Assembly (NCBI GenBank): GCA_028534125.1
Contig: CM052817.1
Coordinates: forward strand, 100,752,001 to 100,816,000
Source of the DNA: Lama glama
Lineage: Eukaryota
DNA length: 64,000 nt
Direction of reading: 5' to 3'
The notes beneath the pieces are model-generated. The model was not told the origin of the DNA. It was given only the letters and a program-made list of their open reading frames with translations, and did no database searches. The translations under genes and the position numbers were made by a program. Numbering within the stretch: the first letter of the stretch is position 1; each line of letters opens with the position of its first letter. Below are positions 50,862 to 63,790 of this stretch, one piece after another.

Positions 50862-51020
50862 TAAAAAGCATCTAAGATCTCAGCAAATTAAAAATTCTTT
50901 TTAATCCATGAGTTTCATATTACAAATGAGGAAATGCGGTGCAGAGGAGTTTAAATGACAACTCTACATTCAAACCTCTCTAACAGTGGGATTAAGCTTC
51001 AAATCCAGGCCTCCTCATTC

Positions 51021-52111
51021 TTTTTTTTTTTAATGTCCATATTTCATTTTATTTTATTTTATTTTTCCTGGTTATTTGTGAATATCCTATTATTATGTCC
51101 TTTTATTAAATTGAAGTATAGTCAGTTATAATGTGTCAATTTCTGGTATACAGCACAATGTCTCAGTCATGCACGTATATATACATATATTCATTTTCAT
51201 ATTCTTTTTCATTAAAGGTCATTACAAGATATTGAACATAGTTCCCTGTGCTATACAGAATAAATTTGTTTTTTAATCTATTTTTATATACAGTGGTTCA
51301 CATTTGCAAATATCAAATACTCAGATTTATCCCTTCCCACTCCCTTTCCCCCAGTAAAGATAAGATTGTTTACTGTGTCTGCGAGTCTGTTTCTGTTTTG
51401 TACATGAGTTCATAGTGTCCTCTTTTTTCTTTTTTCTTTTTTTTTTTTTAGATTCCACATATGAGTGATATCATATGGTATTTTTCTTTCTCTTTTTGGC
51501 TTACTTCACTTAGAATGACATTCTCCAGGTCCATTCATGTTGCTGCAAATGGCATTATTTTATTCTTTTTTATGGCTGAGTAGTATTCCATTGTATAAAT
51601 ATACCACAGCTTCTTAATCAGTCATCTGTCGATGGACATTTAGGTTGTTTCCATGTCTTGGCTATTGCAAATAGTGCTGCTATGAATACTGGGGTGCATT
51701 TATCTTTTTGAATTAAGGTGGTCTCTGGATATATACCCAGGAGTGGGATTGCTGGATCATATAGTAAGTCTATTTTTAGTTTTTTGAGGAATCTCCATAC
51801 TGTTGTCCATAAAAGCTGCACCAAATTACATTCCCATCAACAGTGTAGGAGGGTTCCCTTTTCTCCACACCCTCTCAGCATTTATCGTTTGTGGACTTTT
51901 GAATGATGGGCATTCTGACCGGTGTGAGGTGATACCTCATTGGTTTTGATTTGCATTTCTTTGATAATTAGTGATACTGAGCATTTTTTCATGTGCTTAT
52001 TGGCCATTTGTATGTCTTCCTTGGAGAATTGCTTGTTTAGATCTTCTGCCTATTTTTGGATTGGGTTGGGGTTTTTTTTTTGTTGTTATTAAATTGTATG
52101 AGCTGTTTATA
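51021..52111 (-). mobile_element. L1 3' region (~1 kb) with a probable short 3' transduction
   Basis: ORF 51618-51824 ([24 protein letters not shown]...KTWKQPKCPS) is L1 ORF2. About 70 nt of extra sequence lies between the L1 end and a second poly(A). Confidence 0.9.
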
Positions 52112-52451
52112 TCATTTTATTTTTTATAATGAGTGGATATTACATTTACAATAAACACTTTCTATTTTGAAAAATGGCTTTGGAAATAGAGTGGTATTTG
52201 AACTTTACATGGATTGAAACAGTGTACAAGGATCTCTACACGAGGGCCTTCCCATTTTGATCACTGCCTCAGCCTTCCACTTGGTTCTACCAATATAACC
52301 ACTTTTTGCTTGCTTTGTATTGCTTATTAACATGTGAAAGTAGATTTCTGCTCTACCATTTTTTTTCTGTGTCTGTCTCAAAGCCAAATGCCCTGATTTC
52401 TTTTGCCAAAGTTAATACAGGATAGAGTCTTTCTCTTTCTCTCTCTCTCTC

Positions 52452-52453
<2 letters not shown>

Positions 52454-52482
<29 letters not shown>

Positions 52483-52594
52483 TGGAAGAAGGTAATTGTG
52501 TTTATTTATCTATTTAATGGAGGAACTGGGGATTAAACCCAGGACTTTGGGCATGCTAGGCATGCACTCTACCACTGAGCTAGACCCTACCCCC
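52454..52594 (-). mobile_element. Vic-1-type SINE with long T tail adjoining (CT)n
   Basis: ggggattaaacccaggac...catgctaggcatgcactctaccactgagcta. Confidence 0.9.
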
Positions 52595-52628
52595 TTAAAT
52601 CTTCTTTTTGCCCAAATTAATCTCTTTT

Positions 52629-53196
52629 TTTAACTTTTTTTATTGATTTGTAATCATTTTACAATGTTTTGTCAAATTCCAGTGTACAGCACAGTTTTTC
52701 AGTTATACATGAACATACATATATTCGTTGTCACATTTTTTCTATGTGAGCTACCATAAGATCTTGTATATATTTCCCTGTGCTATAGAGTATAATCTTG
52801 TTTACCTAGTCTACAATTTTGAAATCCCAGTCTATCTCTTCCTACCCCCTACCTCCTTGTCAACCACAAGTTTATATTCTATGTCTGTTGAGTCTATTTC
52901 TGTTTTGTATTTATGCTTCATTTGTGGGGTTTTTTTTTTTTCAGATTCCACATATGAGCAATCTCACATGGTATTTTTCTTTCTCTTTCTGGCTTACTTC
53001 ACATAGAATGACGTTCTCCAGGAGCATCCATGTTGCTGCAAATGGCACTATGTTGTCATGTTTTATGGCTGAGTAGTATTCCATTGTATAAATATACCAC
53101 ATCTTTTTTATCCAGTCATCTGTTGTTGGACATTTAGGCTGTTTCCATGTCTTGGCTATTGTAAATAGTGCTGCTATAAACATTGGGGTGCAGGTG
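52629..53196 (-). mobile_element. Young camelid-type L1 3' end with a perfect 16-bp TSD
   Basis: TSD caaattaatctctttt at 52613-52628 and 53197-53212. ORF 52941-53183 is the ORF2 C-terminus; same 3' UTR type as 26648-26895. Confidence 0.95.
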
Positions 53197-53399
53197 CAAA
53201 TTAATCTCTTTTAAAGAGTATAATCCAGAGACGGGGCAGAGGAAATGCGTAAGCATGATGTGATGGGGTGAAAGCTGTCTTCTGGGTAGCTTTTGGCAAA
53301 ATTAAGAGCCTTTTTAAATTCAGGAACTAGATGTTAAGCCCTCCCGGTTCTTAGCTTAGTAGATGGGATCAAGTGAAGCCAGTCAGAGGTTAAGAGGAA

Positions 53400-54700
53400 T
53401 TTGATTAGCCATAAAACAAAACAAAAACAAAAAGAAAGAGAAAGCCAGCAAGTAAGAACGGGTGCTGAGTCGAGTCCTCGCATTGAGCGCTCTCGCTCCC
53501 CGGGGAGCCTGAGCCGGAGCGTGGTGGCCTGGTGAGCAGTCGGCCCTGAGGCTTTCAAAGGTGCAATATCTCCAACCAAATGAGCCGGATGGGAGCTAAG
53601 TGCAAGGGAAGTGGTAAAAACGACAAGGGGGCCCCTGTCTGGTTGATGGTGGCGTTCAGTTCAGGTCGGCCACCAGCAAGGACTCGCCGTTCCGCACAGC
53701 ACAGGCAGCTCCGAGGCCAGATGTCAAAGTTCTGCGGGGCTGAAAAGGGTCCCTGCTGAGGGCTGATGAGTTTTTCCAAGCTTATTTGCAAACTCTTTTC
53801 CCCCTTCATCTTTAAGATAAGAAATTGAATCACTAAGTTTCCTTCCTGCTCCATAACTCAAAAAACAAAACAAAACGAAACAGAAAACCCAATAACCTTC
53901 GTTTTCTAAGCATCTTTCTAGATTCTGTCGGAGGCTGCCCTATAGATGACTCAGTCGCTTTCCTAATGCTGCAACTGTGAACTGTTGGCAAATTGAGATT
54001 TTAACGTTTATTTCAATGTGATAACATTTGGGAATATCTTAATTGTCTTTTGAAGCACTTAATCCTAAAACACTATCATAATCACTATAGCAAGTTGCTC
54101 TTTGAACCAGAAGTGGTTAAAAACCAGATAACCATTTTCAGTGTGTAACATACAACTTCTGTTTACATCAAAGTCAAAAATAGGTTTCCCCTGGGGGAAA
54201 AAACCCCTCTCTTTCTCATCAGGCAGTGGTTTAAGAAAGTGTACTATAGATTTTCCCAAAACAAAAACCATATTTTCACTTCTGCCATGTGCACAGCCTT
54301 TGGCCAGCACTGAGACATCATTACATTTGAAATAATTTTCAAACATGCCACACCGGTGCATTGAGTTAACTGTCGGAGTCACGGGCACCGGCGGAACTCA
54401 GAAGCCAGTTTTTGGCAGTAGGGAACAGACAAAATAAAGCACACAGGCTCAGGACAGCTTTCTGGAAGCCAGGTATTAACTTTCCCTGCAGCGTCATTGT
54501 CAGGTTCACTTCCTCAGTGTTTGGGGCTAATTGGACAGTGCCATGAGTCCCCTGTGGCAACCACACCTCCACATTGCAATAAATACCCAAAACGAGAAAC
54601 AAATGCTCCTTACTCTTCTCAGTAAATTCAGCTCCTTTAGTCTTTCTTCTTTAAAGGAACGTCTTTTAGACTACAGCAGTGAGTAAGTGGCGAGGAGAGA
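53400..54700. promoter_or_regulatory. CpG-enriched promoter/enhancer-like block
   Basis: CpG-rich at 53455-53740; AP-1 TGACTCA 53947-53953; overlapping FOX/TCF TGTTTACATCAAAG ~54160-54173; EBF-like palindrome TTTCCCC-TG-GGGGAAA ~54185-54200. Confidence 0.45.
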
Positions 54701-55454
54701 TGAATGAGTCTGGCTGACAGTTTACGGGGGGAGGAAGTGACTGTTCTCATGGCCAGAGCCTGCCCGCTCCGTGGTCAAGAGGCTGTACGGGACCCGCCTC
54801 CTTTTGTCCTGGACCTGCAGGTCTCAGGGTGTGATGCCTGGTTTACTGTGCTGTATCAGGACGGGGGTCTTGTTGGGAGCACAGGGTAAGATCGCATCCT
54901 GGTGGGTGGAGAGTGGAATTTTCCTGGCAGGGAGTGCGTCGGGGAGGGGTCGGTAGATGGGTGGGTGACGGGTCATTCCCAGGAAAGGAGGCTGGTCCTC
55001 GGGAAGGAGCTAGAAGTGGGAGGGCAGGGCAGGCAGACAGGATGGGCAACCCCTTCTCCTCATGGCCTCCCCCTGTTCTTAGGCCAGGTCATAATTCTGC
55101 AACCCCATCCCTCTGGAGCGGGGAGTGAGATGGTCTCCACTGTGGAGACAGCCTGGAAGCAAGGTGGCGAGGCTCCCCCTGGAGAGCTAGTGGACGTTGG
55201 AACACGCTGTTACTCTCTGCAGCTTTTGTATGGACTTGCTTTAATGATTTTAGCTCAGTCATGGCTGTGGCCGTGAAGATTTAAAGGTAGCGTTGTGGGT
55301 CTTCTCCTGAATCGAGGGGGAGCTTGTGTGTTATGAGGGGGCACTCCAGACTCAAGTGGGATGGTCCCAAAGGGATGCTGAGCATGGAAGCACAAGATGG
55401 CATCTGGCCACCAGCCCCGGTGGTACTTTTTCCTCTGCTGTCAAACTTGGAGGC

Positions 55455-55635
55455 AGTTTACATCGGACTCTTGAGCCAGTCTTTGAGGGTTTATGTCTCC
55501 ATCTGTCACTTACTGGTTGTTTACCTTGGGCACGTTAGCCTCTGTGGGCCTGCATTTCATTGTCTGTGAAAGGGGATGTGGCAGGTTGGTTGTAAGGATT
55601 AAATGAGTTTATTGTGTAACATGTAAGTGCTACTT
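55455..55635 (+). mobile_element. MIR
   Basis: accttgggcacgttagcctctgtgggcctgcatttcattgtctgtgaaagggg...gtaaggattaaatgag. Confidence 0.75.
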
Positions 55636-56121
55636 CAGGATTATCTTCATTTTAAGATTAAGGATGCTGGTGGATTTCCTAATCACAGGAACCTGGGTAT
55701 CACTGGTGAAATGGGTCAGCAGCTGCTGAAGGAAAGGCCAAAGGGAAGAGGATAGGAAGATGATGGGAGAAGAGGACGGTGTGGCCGCCACATGACAACA
55801 AATGGGAAATGGTTAAAAAGGACCCCCTGCGTGGTCACCTCCAGGAGAAATTGTCTCAGTGCCCCCATTTCCTCCCAGCGGGAAAAGGGCAGGAGTGAGC
55901 CTTCAGCTGGGACTTAGGATCCTTGATGGCGATGGAAGGAGCTGATTCAAATATATCACTGCCACCTCCCTCTTCCATGAGATGAAAACTTCCTAGATTT
56001 TACAGCACAGTTTTAAGCACAGACTCCGAGGATATCTGGTGCAGCCGCTCCCAGAGGAGCTGATGAAAACCGTTAGTCATAAGGAGAGTCTGTTTGGCTC
56101 TTGTAAGGTCTGCTCGTCCCC

Positions 56122-56245
56122 CACTGGCTTAGTTTTTTGGCTGCTGGAACAAATGATCACAAATTGAGGGGCATAAAACAACAGGAATGTATTCTCTCCC
56201 AGTTTTGGAGGGTGAAAGAGTTGGTTCTTTCTGGAGGCAACAGTT
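56122..56245 (-). mobile_element. MLT1C/D-like LTR fragment
   Basis: ggctgctggaacaaatgatcacaaattgaggggcataaaacaacaggaatgtattctctcccagttttggagg. Confidence 0.75.
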
Positions 56246-56559
56246 AAGATTCGGGAGGAGCTTAGGTGATCCCCTCTGAGCCTCCAAGTGCCAGTGGGAG
56301 TTTCTGCAGGGCCTGACGGTGACAGCTGGGGCGCCTCTGGCGAGGTTGGGGTCGGTGCAGAGCAGCATCGGGGCAAACCCTGGAAAGAGGGCCTTGCCTA
56401 AAAACCGTATCCACATCTATTTGCCCTGCCCTTTCCACACCAAACTGCTCAGCCTCCATCAGAGAATGGCCCGGTCTCCGGGCACAGCCGGCCCTGGAGA
56501 GGAAGGACAGAGAGAGAGAACAGGTCTCCTGTGCGTAGACACAGCCGGTGCTCCCGGAA

Positions 56560-58060
56560 GGCTGGCCCCGGCTCCGACTGTGATGGCCCATTACTAGATG
56601 CACCGAGAAGGACACTCCAAGCCACTTTATTTTCAAAGGGGCCAAAGCAAACCAACGGCCCTTGCTTTTCATCTGGCGGGGTGTTTGCTTCATGCGGTGG
56701 CTCTTAGCAACGGCCTCGTCCCTCCTGATTAGCGCTGCCATTAGCGAAATGATTCCTCCGCACCGTGAGTCACCGCGGAGCCCCACGACTGTCACCGTTC
56801 CAGATGGTGAGAACATCAGCGACCGGAATGGCCCTCCCTGTCAGTGTTTGTTCTCGGAACCACAGGGGACAGACACCAGCTTGTAGCCTGGAGAGATGTA
56901 CAAGGTGGAGCTGCGAGGGAATGACCCTGATTTCACCAGCCACGAGTGGAAGTCGGTCGTTTGCTTTCCTTCAGATTCGCAACAGACCACAGAGGCCAGA
57001 GCGCACCACTGACTGCGAGAAGCGAAGAACAAAAAAAGGCTCATGCGACCCTGCAAAATGCCAAGCAAGAAATAAGAAACAGGTGCTCAGATGGTCTCGG
57101 GGACGTGCTGTTGACAGGAAGGCTCTGTGTGGACTTCTGCCTACTGTCACCTCCGTAGACTTGCAGGCCTCAGAGGAAAAGAAAGGCATCCAATCCATGC
57201 ATCTTTCCATGTGCAGACAAAAAAAAAAAAAAAAAAAAGCCATCTGCAGTTGCTCATGGAGACAGCAAAAAGCCCAACATCTTGGCAGTTTGAATTTTCA
57301 GGGAAAGACAGGCTAAGTTAAAGAAAAAATAAAGTCCATTTTTAGAGTTTGTGCAAATGACTTCAAGAAGCTGTTTGAGTTAGGCAGGTCCCCCCACCCC
57401 CTACCTGAATATCTGGTTTCTTTGGAGAGCCGTCAGGCCGGCCTAAGCACAGCTGAATTTATTTTAACAATTTTTCCAGCTTACATTGTACAACACAATA
57501 CCGGGCGAAGCCGCATCATCATGATGTCTGAGTGAAGCGCTCCTTTCACAACTGGTTGTTTTAATAGCAGAGCAACTGAACAACTGCTAAAAAGATGATG
57601 CATTGGCTTAATTCCATGTTGTTCCCGAGCTCAGCATCTGAGTTGATATGCACACGGAGATGTTGGCAGACGGCTCCTTTTGATAATAATATTCATTTTT
57701 ATGAATGGCTCGTTTATTTGCTATATGTTCCTCTTTAGCCCTGCCCTCGTTTCTCCCCTTGGTACGGAGTCTGGCTCCCAGGATGCGAAGGTAACTGAGG
57801 AAGGCTAGATCTGCATTTTAATGGAGACAGTGAGCAGGCAGCTGCTGACGACAGCTCCCTGCAGCAGTGAAAAATGACTGCGAGGAAAAAAAAAATTACG
57901 AAAACGAATCAGTGGTAGAAATTGGTTTCAGAAGTGCTAGTCAGCTGGTTATTTCCTGAGTCTACACCCTGTGTATCTTTGTAGGTGTGTTTGTTTCAAA
58001 TCCAGGCAGTGACTCATCATTACAGAGAACCTCTCCCAGCCACTCACCTCCTGCAGGAGG
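56560..58060. promoter_or_regulatory. CpG-retaining, repeat-poor enhancer-like block
   Basis: RFX X-box-like GTGGCTCTTAGCAAC 56697-56711; AP-1 at 56766-56772 and 58010-58016; FOX-type TGTTTGC and GTTTATTT; A-run ~57219-57238. Confidence 0.4.
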
Positions 58061-58554
58061 AAACTTTATATGCACAAGACGTTTTCTCTTTTTCATCTAG
58101 TCACCTGAAGACTAAGAGGAGCACCCTTACTTGGGCAAAAAAAAAAAAAAGTACAACCCTCAAAGGAAAATGCACTTGACTTTCATCTTGAAGGTGATTT
58201 GAGCCTGGTTGGGAGGGGCTTGCAGTGGCTCCAGCTTTTCTTGCAATTGCATGAGTGTTTACAACAGGGCCCCCAAGGGTCTGATCATCTCTGTGGAGCT
58301 GTACTGGTATGTTCTCCGCCCACTAGACTATCTGCTTTCCCCCGATTTCTGAATGTTTACTGGGAAGGAGGAGACGAGGCTGCCCTCTGTTACCCTCTGG
58401 AGCATGGATTCCTCTTTGATTGGTCCTCCCTCCGCACAGCCCCCCTGCAGAACAAAGATGCAGATGGGAAAACAGAGATAGGGATCACTAAGGAGCTCTT
58501 TGGGGTCACAAGCCACAGCCAGGGGAGAGCCAAGACTCCTCAAAACATACAAGA

Positions 58555-58760
58555 GTGGTAGAGCCCAGCGTAGGACTTCACTGCAGAGCCAGACTGCCCT
58601 GCCTGGAACCCGGGGTCTCCTGCTTAGCAGCTGTGTGACCCTCAGACTCCGGGAAATGAACACTATTCTAGTACCTCTTTCAGGAGGTTGCAGAAAGGCC
58701 TAAATGAGTCCGTGCAGGTACATTACCTAGAATGTATGTTACTTGGCATCAAGTGAGTTC
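58555..58760 (+). mobile_element. MIR
   Basis: gagccagactgcc...cttagcagctgtgtgaccct...gtacctctttcaggaggttg. Confidence 0.8.
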
Positions 58761-59439
58761 CAGCCACTGTTGGTATTTCAGCTCCTGGACGAAGCAGTCC
58801 CTGATTCAAATGCCTTCAAATGCCCGATGGTACCCATCACCCTGGGTCAGCAAAAAGAAGACCTCATCAGGGGAAATTAAACCTCTCCCCCTCTGCCTCT
58901 CAGATTCTTAATGAAGGGAGCTGGCCTCTGAAGGTAATTGCTCCTGGGTGCTGAGGGAGACATGCTTGAGTTTTCCTCCAGGTGGAAAACTGAAAAGACC
59001 TCCTCCTCCAAGACTCAAAACTGCTCATGCCTCTCTTGTGTCCCTATCTCATCGCAGCTTGGGGGCTCACTTGGCACTGCGGGGGCGGCTGCTAAAAATG
59101 TCCGGTATGTCAAAGCAGACCCTTTGGTCGGAGCACTCACACTCTGAAGCAGAGTGGGAAGAACTGGTTGATGGGACAGGCAGCCTCTGCCCCAGCTTCC
59201 TCAGGGTTAAGCAGAGATGGAGCGCGGGTATTCAGAGCAGAGGAGGGTCAGTGCAAACGGCTCAGCCCCAGAACCCTGTCGTCTGTTTTCAGACCTCTTT
59301 TCTCAGGGTAACGGGGTTCTCTCTTATTCCTTTTCTATTCCTTCCTCTTCCTCCTCCTTCTTATATGAGAATTGATTTGCAATCTGTTTCAGAGGAAGAC
59401 TCAGCATAGTGAGGTGGGTAAAAGCTTACAATGGATTTC

Positions 59440-59630
59440 ACAGTGCGGTCCTGATATTCCCTGCTTGAAAATGAGCAGGCATGATCATTCAAACTGCCGA
59501 TTCCTGGGCCAAACCCTCTCTGGGGTGATGACCCAGGATTTTGAATTTTTATGAAGCTGCTCAGATACTATGAGCACATTTAGGGTGAGAACTGTTTAGG
59601 GTGCACAGTTTAGGGTGAGAACTATTGACC
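59440..59630. mobile_element. MER5-like MITE with a duplicated end
   Basis: gccgattcctgggcc...cccaggattttgaattttta...gtgagaact; tttagggtgagaact occurs twice. Confidence 0.55.
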
Positions 59631-59639
59631 TGGGGTTTT

Positions 59640-59775
59640 AATCCAGCATCTTTATTTTGCAGATGGGGAAACTGAGGTCCAGGGAAGTGACTTTCCCAAA
59701 GTCACCCCACTAGTTAGTGGTAGATGCGGAGGAAATGCAGGAGTGTCCTCACTGCAGTGAGGGCTCTGGGCTCTC
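59640..59775 (-). mobile_element. MIR
   Basis: attttgcagatggggaaactgaggtccagggaagtgactttcccaaagtcac. Confidence 0.85.
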
Positions 59776-61259
59776 TGGATGTGAAACCTTCCCAGACAAG
59801 CAAATACTGACTTCCATTTCCTCCTCAAATGGCATGTAGTCCCGAGCACAGTGGTGTGGGACTCATTGCCCTATTTGACAACAGGCACAAATTCTGTGTT
59901 CCCAAAGAAAACTCGAATCCAGTGTATGCTCAATGAAAGTAAATTCATTTTAATGATGATCTCACTTAGAGTGTTTATGGATTCTGCATGTTTCATTCGG
60001 TAACTTAATGCTATTTTACTATGAGTGTTGATAGTGAATTGATGAAGTGGTTTTTTTTAAAGATAGGGAAAAAAAGACAATACATAGAACAACTTTCCAG
60101 CCTTTTAAATTCAACAAGAATTACTAATAATAACACGAAACTAGGTAAAGTGGCAAAGCGTAGATAATGACAGAGTTGGGAAAAGTCAGTGATCAAGAGA
60201 GAAGGTGTGGAGAACTTAGCTGCAGCCCAGATATTGTATCTTACCTCGAAGTCGTGATGTCTCAGAGACTGCTGTTACAGCATCTGTCATCAAACTGCAA
60301 GTAATTCAAGGCCAGAGTCTGGGACTCTTGTCTTCTTTATACTGTCCCACAATACTAAGCTCAGCCTCAGGTAAACCCTCAAAACACGTGTTTCGGAGGG
60401 GATCAGTGTTACAGAGGAGAGAGACATGGTTTGGCAGATGGCTGCAATGAGTCCAAGGAAGCACAGACGTAGTAGGACAAATGCAGAAAGTGTGGGTGAT
60501 AGAATTTAAATCTGGGGCATGTGAGAGACTACCCATCCAGCTCTACATTGAAACCATCTCAGATGGACCCATGGCTCTCTGTTCTAATTTCATTCATTCA
60601 TGTTTATCTGTTCACTGATTCATTCCGTGATTCCAAAAAGATTTGTTGCTTTCTAATGGTAATGAGAATAATGACTGCCAATTGTGGAGTGCCTACAGTG
60701 TGCCATTCCCGCTGACACAGCCCAGGAGCTGGAGCCCAGAGAAGCTGGGTGATTAGCCCGAGGTCACACAGCTGGGATTTGAATCCAAGCCTGCTCCGTG
60801 CCAGCTGTCCTTTGAGTCACCAGAATGCTGCGTGAAAGTGAGCCCTTATTCAGGCAGGTGCCCCCTGAGTCTGTTCCATCACTTCCTCCCCGGATTGTGG
60901 TTCTGTCCCATCTCTGCCACCCACTCACTGTGTAATGTTGGCCACATCTCTTTATTTGCAGGAGTCAAGTGTCTTCATAAGACAAACGTGGGGACTGACC
61001 AGGTGATGACTGAACTTTCTTGTTGCCCTGAATTTCCGCACATCTGTTACTGGATACTCGCTCCTGTCAGCTGGGGGATCATTGATGAAACTTCACAGAT
61101 CTCTCATGACCTCGACTGGCTCATTGAGGCTGTTGCTTCCTGTGACAGAATCAGCCATTGCCCACCTGATACATATTATTCTTAGTAGAAGAATCCTTGA
61201 CTTTCTTCAAGGTAGCAATGCACCCGTCTACAAGGCTACGTTTCTGGCTTTACTTAAGG

Positions 61260-61622
61260 CAAGATGAACCTCTTGTCTAAGTTTTGGCCAGTGTGATGGA
61301 CGTGGATCAGGCTTTCAGGGGAGTCCATTTCGCCTTCCCTCTTCTTCCTTCCTGCTGCCAGAAAGACAGCTTTGATGATTGGCGCTCCAGCAGCCATCAG
61401 GGGCCAGAGGCGACTTTGAGGATAGAATCCACGCCCCAAGGATGGAGGCTCCGAAAGATGGAGAGAGTGTGGGCTCAGGTGACCATGGACCCACGATACC
61501 AGCCCCGAACTTCCTCCCCCCAGATTTCTTGTAGGTGAGAGAAAAATAAACCCTTACAAATTTAAGTCTCTGTTCTTTTGGCTTTTTTACTATATGCAGG
61601 CAAACTAATTTTCACTGATACA
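61260..61622 (+). mobile_element. MLT1J/H-like solo LTR
   Basis: gctccagcagccatc...gagagaaaaataaaccc, ending ctgataca. Confidence 0.8.
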
Positions 61623-62019
61623 CCTACAATCTCTTACTCTTCATTCCTCCTTTCTTTCTCCAGTTATATTTCCCTTAAGTTGTAGTGTTAAGTTTGCTAT
61701 GTCCTGCTGGACAAAATGATGACCTGCTGGTACCTGTGAATCAATATACACAACACTGGATTCCTCATCATCCCTGAAAAACCATTTCTCCTGTGTTCCC
61801 CTTTGTGATAAACAGCAGTGCCAGTATTTCTATCACCAGTGTCAAAAGCCTGGCATTATCCTTCATTCCTCTTAATCAGTTATCAAATCCTATAGTTTCT
61901 CCATGCGTTGAGCTAATGTTTGAAGGGTATATTATCTCAAGAGGTGATTGGTGTTGGGGTATGAAGGTAAGCCAAACAGATGTTTATCTGTTCTCGTGAT
62001 GCTTACAATCAAGGGCAGG

Positions 62020-62420
62020 CATTTATCTTTTCTCGCGAAGCTTATAATCAAGACAGGCATTAGTTGAATAATCACATGAACAAGCAAGTGCTGCCAAAAA
62101 AAAAGATACTGAGAACACACAGAGGGGGCCTGGGTAGGCATGGATGGAGCTGAAATTTGGAGGATGAATGGGACCTGATGGGGCAAAGAGCAGGTGTCGG
62201 GTGGCCAGGGCAGAGTTCAAGCAGAGGAAGCAGCAGGTGAGAAAGCCGGGGGAAGGAAGGGCAAAGGAGAGTCCCTGAGTTGAAGGAAGGCTGTTGACGG
62301 AAGCACTGAGCCTGGAGGGATCCAAGAGGCAAAGGCAGGCTGCAGGCGTGCGGAGGACTTTGAGCTTCGTTGCAAGATCGACGGGAAGACATCTGAAGGG
62401 TTTTAAGCAGCCAAGAGAAG
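62020..62420 (-). mobile_element. L2 fragment
   Basis: gagctgaaatttggaggatgaat...gggaagacatctgaagggttttaagcag. Confidence 0.75.
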
Positions 62421-63049
62421 GTGGGCAGAGACCTGAGCCTATTTGTGGTGTCCTTCCTCGTTCTCTTCTCTCTTTTTAATCCCCTCTGCTCCTACATTCG
62501 TTCCCTTTTCCTGAAACTCACTCTCCACAAACTGAGCATCATTCGTCCAAGTCCCAGGGCTGATCCTTTTGCCCCTGTCCTCCCAAGTCTCTGCATGTGC
62601 TCCTCGTTTTCCTGCTAAATGAAATCTAACTTCCCAGGCGAGAGTTCAAGGTCATTTTCTTGAATGACCATCTGTCAAAACCTTCCATCCTTCAGGACTC
62701 TGCTCCAAGTTGATTCTCTCCCTGAGGTGTTGCCTGCTCTCCTCAACTCCAAGCCATCCTTGCTCTTGTGTCTCTGAGCCCTGTATCTGTTCCCTGCCAG
62801 TCACTCGTCCCTCTCTGCATTTGGGCGCGAGACTTATCTGCCAAAACAGCTTGATGGGAGGATCCTGGCTTGCTCGCTGCCCCCGACAGGCCCCACGGTG
62901 CCCCACTTAGAGCAAGGGGCTCAGTAAATGTCAACAGAAGGAACAGATGAATGGAAGTCAAATAAGTGGGCAAACAGCATCAAGGGTCACCTTTTGCAAA
63001 ATTTCTCTGTAGTCATAAAAATGGCAAGTCTACACAGTGTTCCTGGTAG

Positions 63050-63250
63050 ATGTAAGCTGGTTTTGGAAACCTGGATTCAGGTCCCAGCTCCACCACATGC
63101 TACCTGTGCGACCTCATCTCTGTGTGCCTCAGTTTCCTCATCTGTAAAATGGGGGTGATAACATACCTACTTGGGGAGTTAAGTGAGTTAATTCACAGGG
63201 ACACTTAGGAAAGTGCCTATTGCAGAGGAAGTACTCAATAAAAGTCTTCG
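63050..63250 (+). mobile_element. MIR
   Basis: ctctgtgtgcctcagtttcctcatctgtaaaatggggg...tactcaataaa. Confidence 0.9.
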
Positions 63251-63459
63251 TCATCGCCCTGTCACTGACTTAGAATGACTCTCACTATGTGAGCATGCCT
63301 TCTGTGACCCAGTGACCTACAAAACGGTGCCTGGGGCCAGGGCCCTGGGCAGCACGATTGCCTCCAAAGCTGTTCATCCAGGGAGACTCTCAGCAGCTCT
63401 GCCACTTAACAAAGTGAACCTGGCAGGTCTTTCAGCTTGTTCCATAGACTTCCGGTTTG

Positions 63460-63790
63460 TGCTGTTTCAGCCTCTGAACTGTGAACACCTTAAGGGCAGA
63501 GACCACACCAGCTTCAGCCAGCACTGTACAATCCTTAACACACTCCAGGCTCTTATGGTTGGGAGCATTCACGTGGATCAACTCGTGTGGTTTTCCCCCA
63601 AAATCTCAGGAAGCAACTGGGGCACAGAGAGGTTAAGTGACCTGCCCAGAGGCAAACACCCAGCATTTCAACCCAGGCAGTCCAACACCCGGGGCTCCGG
63701 GCTTCACCACACTCTCTCATCTCCCCTCCGCATCTCTAATGCCTGACACATAATAGGCACTCAATACATGTTTGCTTGAATGGATGGGTC
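63460..63790. mobile_element. L2 3' end (+) with a MIR piece (-) at ~63600-63720
   Basis: actgtgaacaccttaagggcagagacc; aactggggcacagagaggttaagtgacctgccca; tgcctgacacataataggcactcaatacatgtttgcttgaatgg. Confidence 0.75.

Noticed and set aside
51618..53183. ORFs with WKQPKCP motifs (also 14580-14795 and 48942-49202)
   Set aside because: Truncated L1 ORF2 C-termini, not host genes.
56262..57316. Longest ORFs (184 aa minus, 183 aa plus)
   Set aside because: GC-rich region with overlapping ORFs on both strands and no recognisable domain; one runs through a poly-A tract.
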